Translations under genes and position numbers: made by a program
In this document: positions 27,376-36,403 of the stretch, piece after piece
Layout: each line of letters opens with the position of its first letter
How positions within the stretch are numbered: position 1 is the stretch's first letter
Virus record (IMG/VR): IMGVR_UViG_3300020718_000007
Coordinates: 20,390-84,389 of that record
Length of the DNA stretch: 64,000 nt
Direction: 5' to 3' (one strand)
Source: a virus
Lineage: Duplodnaviria; Heunggongvirae; Uroviricota; Caudoviricetes
The notes under the pieces: generated by a model
What the model saw: the letters and a program-made list of their open reading frames with translations, nothing else
Told to the model about the DNA's origin: nothing
Database searches by the model: none

Positions 27376-27993
27376 ATGATGAAATTAATAAAACAATTAT
27401 TTGGCATGGGAAATACAAATAACGAAAATAATATGGATCCACATAGCGATTTATCGAATTATTCATATCAATGGATTAAGGGAGACAACATTGGTCATGT
27501 TAATGATTATAAAAGTGTAGTAGAAGCAGGGGGAAACGAATATTTGGTTTTTACGGATGGAAGTCGTTTAGCATTAAGTTTGCTAGATGAGTATATGGTA
27601 AAGGTTGAAAAGGGTTTTTATGAAACCGCTTTTGATAAAGTCCAGCCAGCAAGAGAAGCACCAACATCTCCAAAAAGGGCAGGTAGAAGTGAATTACATA
27701 CTATTGTAAAAGAGGAATCTGCCATTGCATCTCTACTAAAAAAACAAAAAGAGAATTGGGTTGACGTAGACCTTAATTTGACAATAAATCTTCCAAAGAA
27801 AGCACTTTGGGATGTTATAATATCTAGTTTTGAAAACGCAGAAGATGAGATAATAGATTATGTAACAAAGGACCTTGATATAGAAGTAGTAAGGGAGTCC
27901 CTAAAAAAAGCTATAAAGGATATATATTTAGCAAAAACAAACCCCGTAAAAAATGTTAGAACTCAAAACACTATACCAGGACAAGCAGATTAA
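27376..27993 (+). CDS. Hypothetical protein
   Basis: 205 aa ORF. Confidence 0.6.
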   Translation: MMKLIKQLFGMGNTNNENNMDPHSDLSNYSYQWIKGDNIGHVNDYKSVVEAGGNEYLVFTDGSRLALSLLDEYMVKVEKGFYETAFDKVQPAREAPTSPKRAGRSELHTIVKEESAIASLLKKQKENWVDVDLNLTINLPKKALWDVIISSFENAEDEIIDYVTKDLDIEVVRESLKKAIKDIYLAKTNPVKNVRTQNTIPGQAD

Positions 27994-28456
27994 GCTTACT
28001 ACTGATGGGGTATCTTATAGTTTAGAACGATCCTTACAATCTATTCTTATTTTACCTTATACTGTATCCGATAATGATTATCCGGATAAATTGGGGGTTT
28101 TAGGTAATGAAGAACCTTTTACTCCCTTATCTGTGGCTATTTCCGATGAAGATTCTGATATATTTTCAACTGCCAAGAGAGGATTAAATGAAATAGCAGG
28201 ATTTTTAATGGATATAACAGACAACTGGGAATTTCTTGGTTTAATAAAACCCTCTAATTATGATGTCTCTGGAATTCCTTCATTTAGTGTTAATATCACA
28301 GGCTTAATTGCAGAAAAACATGAAGACAATAATAATCCTGGAGAATTCAGTTTGGTCACAGTATCGCAAGCCTTAGACGGCGACAATGCAATTATACACA
28401 GTCTATTTCTGAAAACTTTTCAATTTAAACTTTTAAACGATAATTCAACTAAATAA
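27953..28456 (+). CDS. Degenerate Nudix-fold protein
   Basis: DEDSDIFSTAKRGLNEIAGF is a Nudix-box-like segment lacking the RE..EE glutamates. Confidence 0.45.
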   Translation: MLELKTLYQDKQIKLTTDGVSYSLERSLQSILILPYTVSDNDYPDKLGVLGNEEPFTPLSVAISDEDSDIFSTAKRGLNEIAGFLMDITDNWEFLGLIKPSNYDVSGIPSFSVNITGLIAEKHEDNNNPGEFSLVTVSQALDGDNAIIHSLFLKTFQFKLLNDNSTK

Positions 28457-28462
28457 TTAATT

Positions 28463-28711
28463 ATGTTACCATCAAGAAAGCAAAGGAGGGAAATGGCTCG
28501 TAAGTTTGGCCTAGTTAAAAGGGATATTTCCTATAAAGAATGGACTCAGCAATTGGAAAGGAGCATTAGGGCTGGACAAGCTATTCATCAAGCACATCTC
28601 CAAGAAAACCATAATAGGCAATTAAAAGCCAGTAAAAAGGAAGATCAATCGCAATCTACTGATCTAGAATGGTCAGATATTGTTAAACCCGATAGTAATG
28701 ATAGTGAATAA
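28463..28711 (+). CDS. Hypothetical protein
   Basis: 82 aa ORF, basic N-terminus SRKQRR. Confidence 0.55.
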   Translation: MLPSRKQRREMARKFGLVKRDISYKEWTQQLERSIRAGQAIHQAHLQENHNRQLKASKKEDQSQSTDLEWSDIVKPDSNDSE

Positions 28712-29033
28712 AACTACAGATTTGAAAATACACCTTACTAACCTGACCTATAAGGAAATTAAGAAAGCTAAAATTGAGGAGGAAAAATCTTACTTTCTTG
28801 ATATGAATAAATTAGTAGAGGAGAATTTTCAAAATGCTCCCGAGCTAAATAATACCCAATATTGGATATTAAATCAAATGATGATAAAGAAGATAGAGTC
28901 ATTTCTAACTTCTCGATATGATGTTGTATACTTACATTTTACTAACCCATCGAAGGATAAGATTAAGGCTTTAAAGGAATTAATTACAGAGAATAGGATT
29001 AAAAATGTAACAGTAGAGTCATTTAAAGTATAA
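28698..29033 (+). CDS. Hypothetical protein
   Basis: ORF; start ambiguous (28680 or 28698). Confidence 0.5.
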   Translation: MIVNKTTDLKIHLTNLTYKEIKKAKIEEEKSYFLDMNKLVEENFQNAPELNNTQYWILNQMMIKKIESFLTSRYDVVYLHFTNPSKDKIKALKELITENRIKNVTVESFKV

Positions 29034-29081
29034 TTTTATACCTTTATAAGTATTAAAATATATAGAAGAAAGATACTTATA

Positions 29082-30923
29082 ATGGGTCAAAGTGTTGTTA
29101 GTGCAAATGATATTGTAACTTCAAGTACAAATAGTACTTCTACTCCTATTGCTCTTTGGGGAGGAGCACCTAATTTAGATTTATCTAACTACGCAAAAAA
29201 ATACATTACTAAATTTCCAGGAGATGTATCTTTTCCTGCAGAGGGGCCAGACGGAAAGAATCTACCTAAAAGTTTATTTTACGAATTTACAGAAGGTGAA
29301 GTCGGTGCTCCTAGCGGATTATTTAATTATTACGCAATTGGAAAAACTTTTACTCCATCTAATCCAGATCTATCTAAAGACGGTAAAACTAAAGCATTTA
29401 CTTACAAAGGATCCGAAGCATTTGGTGCTAATAATATTTTAACACCAGAAGAAAGTAGAAACCCAACAGCATTTAATATTGTTAATACCACTACTATTAA
29501 TGGGGCATATTTAGAACCAACTAGCCCCTATATAGGTCAACCCTATAGTCCTAAGGATTTTATTTTTTGTAAGGAATATGGTAATATTCCTAATAATAGG
29601 ATGATTACACTAAGAAGATTTCCAACCCCTGTTTTTGATAATTTAAAAGTTCCACTTTCTTCTCAATATCCAGGTGTTAAGGACGGAGGTGTTGTTCAAG
29701 TAGATTTTAGTGGATTTACAAAAAAGGATTTAGCAAAAAATCAAATTAATGTCCCAATTTGTCAGGCAGTTTCATATTTTGGTGAGGGGACAGGAAATAA
29801 TCTAAATGATATTATAGGAATTGAAAGTGGATTAGTTTGGCAGCAGAAAAAACAAGGAACAGGATCTAATTATACTAAAAACGATCCTGGTTTTTATAAT
29901 GGGTTTGGTAGCGTATTCAAAGCATTACTAAATACTGATATCAATCAAGGAATAGAAGGGGCTAATGTTGTAGGCGGTGCTATATTAGATAAAAGTAATA
30001 TTGAAAAGGTATATGCAAGAAATATGTATGATAGTTTAAGACAGTCTGGTCATCCATTAAGTCAAAGGATATTTGTAGATATTAATACAGTAAGTGAAAT
30101 GTATGTTAGGGGAGTTGGTGTAACAGGTAAGCAAAATTCATTCAATGTTACTTTTAAATATGATTTAACTTCTGTATCTGATATCAATAGCAGAATGCTT
30201 TTTATGGATCTTTTAGCTAATTTATTAGCATTGGGTACTGATTATGGTAAATTTTTAACTCCACAGATTTTAGAAAGTCCAAACACAATAGGATTTTCTT
30301 TTCCCGGCGGACCAGAGGGATATAAAAAATACATCACAGATCCTGTTAGATGGATTGCTGATCTTATTCAAAAAAGCCATTCTGAAGCAGTTGCTGCTAA
30401 AACAAAAGATTATCAAAAGACCTTATCTGATTTAAAAAATGAATTCGACCAATTTAAACAGAAGGGTCAAATTAACGAACAGGGAATACTATATAAATCA
30501 TTAACTCTTTTACTTACAGAGAATATGTTAAATAATATATTCTATGAACCCCTAATGTTAAGTGGATATCCAACGGGAGATTGGCATTTAGTAGTAGGAA
30601 ATCCTCTAAATCCCATAGCAATGATTGGTAATTTAATTTGCCACCAAGTTAAAATTACATTCGATAGCCAATTAGGACCGGATGATTTTCCTACTGGAAT
30701 GACAGCTGTCTATGAACTTAGGCATGCAAGAACAAGACATAGAGGGGAATACGAAAGTATGTTTAATAGGGGTAATGGTAGATTATATCTTGGTGAATTT
30801 CCTGAAACAAGTGCAACACAAGGCAGTATTACTGTTAATGGTAAAAATCCGGATCAATTTGATCTCAAGGATACTAGGGGAGCGGTAATAAATTCTGCTT
30901 CTACTGGAGCAGGACTTAAATAA
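29082..30923 (+). CDS. Putative baseplate/tail-tube-associated structural protein
   Basis: 613 aa at the head of the baseplate cluster; AATATATA at 29057-29064; no decisive motif. Confidence 0.45.
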   Translation: MGQSVVSANDIVTSSTNSTSTPIALWGGAPNLDLSNYAKKYITKFPGDVSFPAEGPDGKNLPKSLFYEFTEGEVGAPSGLFNYYAIGKTFTPSNPDLSKDGKTKAFTYKGSEAFGANNILTPEESRNPTAFNIVNTTTINGAYLEPTSPYIGQPYSPKDFIFCKEYGNIPNNRMITLRRFPTPVFDNLKVPLSSQYPGVKDGGVVQVDFSGFTKKDLAKNQINVPICQAVSYFGEGTGNNLNDIIGIESGLVWQQKKQGTGSNYTKNDPGFYNGFGSVFKALLNTDINQGIEGANVVGGAILDKSNIEKVYARNMYDSLRQSGHPLSQRIFVDINTVSEMYVRGVGVTGKQNSFNVTFKYDLTSVSDINSRMLFMDLLANLLALGTDYGKFLTPQILESPNTIGFSFPGGPEGYKKYITDPVRWIADLIQKSHSEAVAAKTKDYQKTLSDLKNEFDQFKQKGQINEQGILYKSLTLLLTENMLNNIFYEPLMLSGYPTGDWHLVVGNPLNPIAMIGNLICHQVKITFDSQLGPDDFPTGMTAVYELRHARTRHRGEYESMFNRGNGRLYLGEFPETSATQGSITVNGKNPDQFDLKDTRGAVINSASTGAGLK

Positions 30924-30935
30924 TATAATGTAAAA

Positions 30936-31541
30936 ATGTTATCAATTGATGTATTATCAACAAAACCAATAAATACTGTAAATGGACAAAAAATAGTAGA
31001 TTTAACAGTTTCTTCTATTAGTTCCAGTACTCAAGGGACCGTTGCATTTTCTAATATTGCTGTATGTCCCTATGAATTTGAAATGAGGCCTGATTTATTT
31101 AGTAAACTCTATACAGGAGATCAAAATAATATGGGGATGGTTTTGAAACTAAATTCTATATCAAACCCATTCTCCCTTCAAATGGGGGATGTATTATTAA
31201 TCCCCTCTATTAGTAGTATGACTTCTTTATTGGCATCAAGTCAACCGGATGTAAAAGCAACTAGTGATAGGACAAATTTCAGGCAACAGTTAGCAGCAAG
31301 AATTTCTAAAATATCTCCGGATAGGCAAAATTATTTAGCAGCTAGAAATATTTCTACCTCTACCACTAGTACCCCATTACCGCCAAATGTAGCAGCGCCA
31401 ACAGATCAACAATTTAAAGTACAAGATGGTAAATTAATATTAGGATCAAATATAGGGGTTTCAAGGACGTCATTAACTACGAATCAATCTAGTAGTTCTA
31501 TAAAAACTGCTATTGCCCAGAATAATATATTCTCATCTTAA
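30936..31541 (+). CDS. Baseplate wedge protein, T4 gp53/LysM-like
   Basis: EMRPDLFS...VLKLNSISNPFSLQMGDVLLIP. Confidence 0.7.
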   Translation: MLSIDVLSTKPINTVNGQKIVDLTVSSISSSTQGTVAFSNIAVCPYEFEMRPDLFSKLYTGDQNNMGMVLKLNSISNPFSLQMGDVLLIPSISSMTSLLASSQPDVKATSDRTNFRQQLAARISKISPDRQNYLAARNISTSTTSTPLPPNVAAPTDQQFKVQDGKLILGSNIGVSRTSLTTNQSSSSIKTAIAQNNIFSS

Positions 31542-33052
31542 TGATTAATGAAAAGAAAGCTATATTACAATACGATCAACCCCAAATAGTTCTTGACGAG
31601 CTTAGTACTATTGACGTATATAAGGCAGATGATCAACAAAAAACAAAAGATTCTGGAGATAGACAGGAAATGACTATTGGTGCATTAAGTCCATTTATAC
31701 ATATTAATTCCTATAATATAACAGCTATAGAGTATCTAAAAATTGATATGAATTCAGAGATACCAGAATTATTAATAGTTTTTAAAACTTTCGAAACACA
31801 ATTTTTATTTACAGGTTATCCAAAAGATGGAGATCTTTTATCACTTTATATAAAATCTACATCCGAAGCATACAAACCCATTAGACATGATTATACTATT
31901 GTGGAAGTTACCGGACCAGGACCAGAAGCTATTTCTGATATGCCAAAGAATTATACTGCCTCTTCTGTCTTTTATACATTTATTATCAAAGCACAGTTAA
32001 GGATTCCCAAAATATTCCAACATAACTGTCAAGCATATAGTAACTTAACTTCTTGGGATACACTAAGACAGGTAGCAAAAGATCTAAAATTAGGATTTTC
32101 TTCCAATGAAAAGGATACAGATGACCAAATGACATGGATAAATCCAAATTTAACCGTACTAGAATTTATTGATTCTGTTGTATCTAGATCATGGAAAACA
32201 GAAGAAGATTCTTTTGAGTGGTGGATAGATCCATATTATAATCTAACCTTCGTTAATATTAATAAACAATTATTTGGTCCGGATTCTAAAGATAGTGATG
32301 GGGATAGTATATTAGCCAACATAGGATCAAGTTATGGATTGTATGGGGGATTAGATTCCACCCAAAAGACTAGCGATGCCGAATTTCCTTTACTCTTAAC
32401 TAATGACCCACATTGGGGGAAATATCCATTTTTTATAAAATCCTATACTGTTTCTAATAGCTCTGGTTATGTTACAAATAAGTATGGATATAAGACCATA
32501 TTGCAATTTTATGATACAACGCTTACTACTGATACACACGACCAAAAATATGTAAGATATTCAATAGAATCAGTTACGCCAAAAAAATTAGGAGATAGTG
32601 ATATAATATTAAGGGGGAGACCGAATGAAACAGTATATTTAGATGAATATAAAAAAGAGTGGTCTGGTACAAGATATTTTGATAACACCCATTCAAATAT
32701 ACATCAAGCACCAACACAAAATACCATAAATAAATTCGAGAATTATAAAATATTTCTTGATATTGAATTGGGGTCTTATGTGCCATGGATTTATAGAGGG
32801 CAATATGTACCGGTTAGGATTGTACATACTTCTCCGAAAGATGTAGCAGGACAAATAGGACCAGTTTCCAATGATAAAGTAACACATGCAGGGGAAACTG
32901 TTTTGAACCTATTTCTAAGTGGTAAATATATAATACTAGGAACATCTATAGTATATAAAGAGGGGGAATTAAAAACAATATTAAGATTAGGAAAAAGGCA
33001 ATGGAGTGTTAATGACGGTGTTGCATCTGTACCTGAACCAATAATATCATAG
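31541..33052 (+). CDS. Baseplate hub-like protein (gp27/gpD-like)
   Basis: Size, position between gp53-like and spike genes; WDTLRQVAKDLKLGF, FEWWIDPYYNLTF. Confidence 0.5.
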   Translation: MINEKKAILQYDQPQIVLDELSTIDVYKADDQQKTKDSGDRQEMTIGALSPFIHINSYNITAIEYLKIDMNSEIPELLIVFKTFETQFLFTGYPKDGDLLSLYIKSTSEAYKPIRHDYTIVEVTGPGPEAISDMPKNYTASSVFYTFIIKAQLRIPKIFQHNCQAYSNLTSWDTLRQVAKDLKLGFSSNEKDTDDQMTWINPNLTVLEFIDSVVSRSWKTEEDSFEWWIDPYYNLTFVNINKQLFGPDSKDSDGDSILANIGSSYGLYGGLDSTQKTSDAEFPLLLTNDPHWGKYPFFIKSYTVSNSSGYVTNKYGYKTILQFYDTTLTTDTHDQKYVRYSIESVTPKKLGDSDIILRGRPNETVYLDEYKKEWSGTRYFDNTHSNIHQAPTQNTINKFENYKIFLDIELGSYVPWIYRGQYVPVRIVHTSPKDVAGQIGPVSNDKVTHAGETVLNLFLSGKYIILGTSIVYKEGELKTILRLGKRQWSVNDGVASVPEPIIS

Positions 33053-33053
33053 G

Positions 33054-35231
33054 ATGGCTGATTTTTTAAGTAGTTTACAACAGAATTTCACATCGGATAA
33101 TCCGTTAGGGAATCTATTGAATACAGGAGTTGATAAAGATAGGAATAGATTTCTTACTGGATTAAAGACAACTTCATCAGGACAGAAAGAGGACCCTACT
33201 TATTTAGGATTTAGGTTATTATTTGATTTTAATACGGGTCATTCTGTGGATCAAGAAACCTTTTTACCTATAAGTCCAATACTTTGCGATGCTGATACAA
33301 TCAATTCTCCTTTTACATCAACCGATTATTTCTCATTAGCAAAGAGGGTAAGAGTTAATATTTATGATCAGGATCAGGCTTCTAATAAAATTCCAAATGC
33401 TACAAATGATTTTTATTTTTATACTGCACAAGGATATTTAACACAAAGAAGATCTCAAGCTGAAAATGGTAATCGATCCAGTGGTGGTACTCCTTCACCA
33501 GGAAGCTCAAATAGGGCAGATTCATTAAAGGGATTTAGGAATATTTTAAAAGGGATAAATGAGAAAAGCCCTTGGTTTGTCCAATCAGTCGATGGATTAG
33601 ATAATCTTTTAAAGATACCCTTATCCCGATCATATGCAGGGGATCAGATCAAAGATAAAATTTCTAGAAGCGGTATTTTAACTTTTAATTGTCTGGATTC
33701 TATAGATTTAAGGGTTACTGCAATGGCAGACCTTTATAGGAAAGCTACATTTGATCAAATATATTTGAGGTCTCTTATACCACAGAATCTTAGGAAATTT
33801 AGGATGTGGATAATTGTTACTGAAATAAGGAATATGCATCTTAGTACAAATATATTAGATGTACTTAATCCTTTTGGTAATTCCGCTATTAGTAATATAG
33901 CAACCACTGTTAGTAATGTATCCCAGGCTTCTGGATTATTAAATCAACCGGCTGGACCCCCCAATGCAAGTGATCCCTTGAGTCAAAGAGATAATGTTTA
34001 TGATAGCCTTTCCAAATTAGAGCCATATATTTTCATGTATCAATTAGATCAGTGTGAATTTGATTTTGATGATTATGTTCACATACCATCGAGCCTTAGC
34101 AATGCCGATAATAGAACTCCTGTATCTAATAAGTTCCGTGTTCATGTCGGTAAGATAACAGAAAAGAAACTACAATTCAATATACTTTCGGATCTTATAG
34201 AGAATGAATCCCAATTTGCTCCTATATTGATTGCTGATAGTTGGAATTTAGCAGGATCTAAATTAGGTACTAGTTATGATGTTAATAATGACGGAAATCT
34301 TTTCGCTCAGTTAGCTAATAACTTTATTAATAATTCAGTTTCCTCTGTTATACAAAAGTATTCTCCTGTTGTATCCCGAGCAGTATTAGGAAATGCTTAT
34401 GGTTTTCAATTAACAGATATAACTAATTTAGCTAATTCTGCACAGGATGCAGTTAATGGTATTAAAAATCTATCTTCTCCTTTTGCGGATTCTAGGCCTC
34501 AGTCTACTGGTAAAGGTGGACCGAGCCAAAGAGTATATCCTAGTATTCATGAGGATGTTTATGGAAATGTTAATCCCTCTTATTTTCCTACTGGGGTTGG
34601 TAATGTATATCCAGGAGGAACGGGATATGCTACATTAAATCCTAGTGATGTATATCCTAATGTGCCAGGGAAAGATTTAGGATTACCGGGAAGAGTTTAT
34701 CCCTCTATTCTTGAAGATGATTATACTACTGACCCGGGAGTTGATCTGGGAGTACCTGCAAGAATATACCCAGCCCCATCAGAAGATACTTATCCGACAG
34801 ATCCAGGAGTTGATTTAGGATTACCTGATAGAGTTTATCCGAATATTATAGATGATGAATATCCAAATGATCCTGGGACTGATCTAGGAGTACCTTCTAG
34901 AGTTTATCCACCCACATCAGAAGATACTTATCCTACTGTAGAGGGTGTTGATTTAGGATTACCTGATAGGGTATATCCAAATATTACAGAGGATGATTAT
35001 ACTACGGATCCCGGGCAATCATTAGGACCAAATGGCAGAACGTATGTAGCACCATCGGAAGATGTTTATAATATTATTCCACCAACATATCCTAAAGTGA
35101 ATGCAAGGGTTTATCCTTCTACTATCAACCCTACCCAAATAGTTCTTCCTGACGTCTATCCAACCGTTCCAGGAATTGATTTAGGAGAGCCTGGTAGAGA
35201 TTATCCTGGAATAAATGAAAAAGATTATTAA
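33054..35231 (+). CDS. Tail/baseplate protein with C-terminal 23-aa tandem repeat
   Basis: 725 aa; N-terminal domain possibly tube-like; repeat DLG(L/V)PxRVYPxxxEDxYxxDPGV. Confidence 0.55.
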   Translation: MADFLSSLQQNFTSDNPLGNLLNTGVDKDRNRFLTGLKTTSSGQKEDPTYLGFRLLFDFNTGHSVDQETFLPISPILCDADTINSPFTSTDYFSLAKRVRVNIYDQDQASNKIPNATNDFYFYTAQGYLTQRRSQAENGNRSSGGTPSPGSSNRADSLKGFRNILKGINEKSPWFVQSVDGLDNLLKIPLSRSYAGDQIKDKISRSGILTFNCLDSIDLRVTAMADLYRKATFDQIYLRSLIPQNLRKFRMWIIVTEIRNMHLSTNILDVLNPFGNSAISNIATTVSNVSQASGLLNQPAGPPNASDPLSQRDNVYDSLSKLEPYIFMYQLDQCEFDFDDYVHIPSSLSNADNRTPVSNKFRVHVGKITEKKLQFNILSDLIENESQFAPILIADSWNLAGSKLGTSYDVNNDGNLFAQLANNFINNSVSSVIQKYSPVVSRAVLGNAYGFQLTDITNLANSAQDAVNGIKNLSSPFADSRPQSTGKGGPSQRVYPSIHEDVYGNVNPSYFPTGVGNVYPGGTGYATLNPSDVYPNVPGKDLGLPGRVYPSILEDDYTTDPGVDLGVPARIYPAPSEDTYPTDPGVDLGLPDRVYPNIIDDEYPNDPGTDLGVPSRVYPPTSEDTYPTVEGVDLGLPDRVYPNITEDDYTTDPGQSLGPNGRTYVAPSEDVYNIIPPTYPKVNARVYPSTINPTQIVLPDVYPTVPGIDLGEPGRDYPGINEKDY
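34674..35228 (+). repeat. In-frame 69-bp (23-aa) tandem repeat, at least five well-conserved units plus degenerate copies
   Basis: DLGLPGRVYPSILEDDYTTDPGV / DLGVPARIYPAPSEDTYPTDPGV / DLGLPDRVYPNIIDDEYPNDPGT / DLGVPSRVYPPTSEDTYPTVEGV / DLGLPDRVYPNITEDDYTTDPGQ. Confidence 0.9.
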
Positions 35232-35234
35232 GAT

Positions 35235-35870
35235 ATGATAAGAGATAAAATAAAAATGCCCGGAATAGTGGATGCCAAACATTTCTTAGGTGTTATAATG
35301 GATATAAATGATCCATTAAAAAAAGGTCGCTGTCGGATTAATGTGTTTGGATTATTTGATGACTTAGCTATTACGGATTTACCCTGGGCACATCAAACAT
35401 TTGATATTTCTTTTGGTGATAAAGGAGGAAGCGGGAGATTTAGTACTCCCCAATTAGGAGCAATAGTACACGTTATTTTTAATAATGGAGATTATTATTC
35501 TCCCGAATATAAAGGACTTCAAGAGATTGGTGATGGGTTACAACAGGAGTTAAATGATTCCTATGAGGGATCCCATAGTCTAATATATGATGGGATCGAG
35601 ATTGTTAAAATTTTCTATACAAAAAATAAAGGACTTATGTTAGAAACAAAAGGCTCTACTATCAATATAACTAATGATGATAAAATAAATATTACATCAA
35701 AAGGTGAAATTAATTTAGTTAATCCTAATGCTTCTATTAAAATAAATTCAGCAGGACAAATAACAGCAACAGGAAGTACTGTTACACCAAATTCAAGGGG
35801 CGGATGGAATTGCTTGCCTACTGATCCCTATACTGGTATGGTTCATATCGGAGATACATTAAATCCTTAA
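35235..35870 (+). CDS. Baseplate central spike (gp5/gpV OB-fold, short)
   Basis: GVIMDINDPLKKGRCRINVFG..LPWA..TPQLGAIVHVIF; C-terminal NCLPTDPYTGMVH tip motif. Confidence 0.8.
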   Translation: MIRDKIKMPGIVDAKHFLGVIMDINDPLKKGRCRINVFGLFDDLAITDLPWAHQTFDISFGDKGGSGRFSTPQLGAIVHVIFNNGDYYSPEYKGLQEIGDGLQQELNDSYEGSHSLIYDGIEIVKIFYTKNKGLMLETKGSTINITNDDKINITSKGEINLVNPNASIKINSAGQITATGSTVTPNSRGGWNCLPTDPYTGMVHIGDTLNP

Positions 35871-35879
35871 ATAATAACT

Positions 35880-36332
35880 ATGGCAGCAAGTACAGAATTA
35901 CAATCGGCTATTACTAATTTTAATGATAATGCCCCAAATCCTTCAGGGATTTCTTTTCCAACAACACAAGATGTGGTATCAAAAAGATTGAAGTCTCAGG
36001 GATATAGCTATGAATCCATCAAGACTATTCCTCCAGATTCCCCCGTAATGGTATCAACAACAAATGAAATACAACATACTAAGACCCTTATTAATCACGT
36101 AATTAACCAATTACCTTTATTAGCAGTTCCTATTACTGCAGCATTAGCATTACAGCAAATAAATGCACATCTTCCTGCAGCATTAGCAGGACTTCATGGC
36201 CTTGGTATTGATCCCCCCGAAACATTACTTCCGGTATTAAAAGCTATGTCAATTGCTACAACAGTAATATCAACAGGTAAATCTGTATTAACTGGCCCAT
36301 TATCACCACTAGGAAAAGTAATAGGTCTTTAA
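35880..36332 (+). CDS. Hypothetical protein downstream of spike
   Basis: 150 aa with hydrophobic Ala/Leu/Pro-rich C-half. Confidence 0.55.
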   Translation: MAASTELQSAITNFNDNAPNPSGISFPTTQDVVSKRLKSQGYSYESIKTIPPDSPVMVSTTNEIQHTKTLINHVINQLPLLAVPITAALALQQINAHLPAALAGLHGLGIDPPETLLPVLKAMSIATTVISTGKSVLTGPLSPLGKVIGL

Positions 36333-36349
36333 TTATTTATAGATTATTT

Positions 36350-36378
36350 GAAATTTTTCATCCCTTATTGTCTATAAT
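36350..36378 (+). promoter_or_regulatory. Putative class II promoter GAAATTTT-N15-TATAAT
   Basis: Upstream of S1-domain gene; same spacing as 7317 and 23196. Confidence 0.6.
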
Positions 36379-36403
36379 AGACATTAGGCTAAAATAAAAA
36401 AGC

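Noticed and set aside
34674-35228. 69-bp periodicity as a CRISPR array or diversity-generating-retroelement repeat
   Set aside because: In frame within an ORF, varies mainly at synonymous or conservative positions, no repeat-spacer structure, and no cas or reverse transcriptase genes in the window
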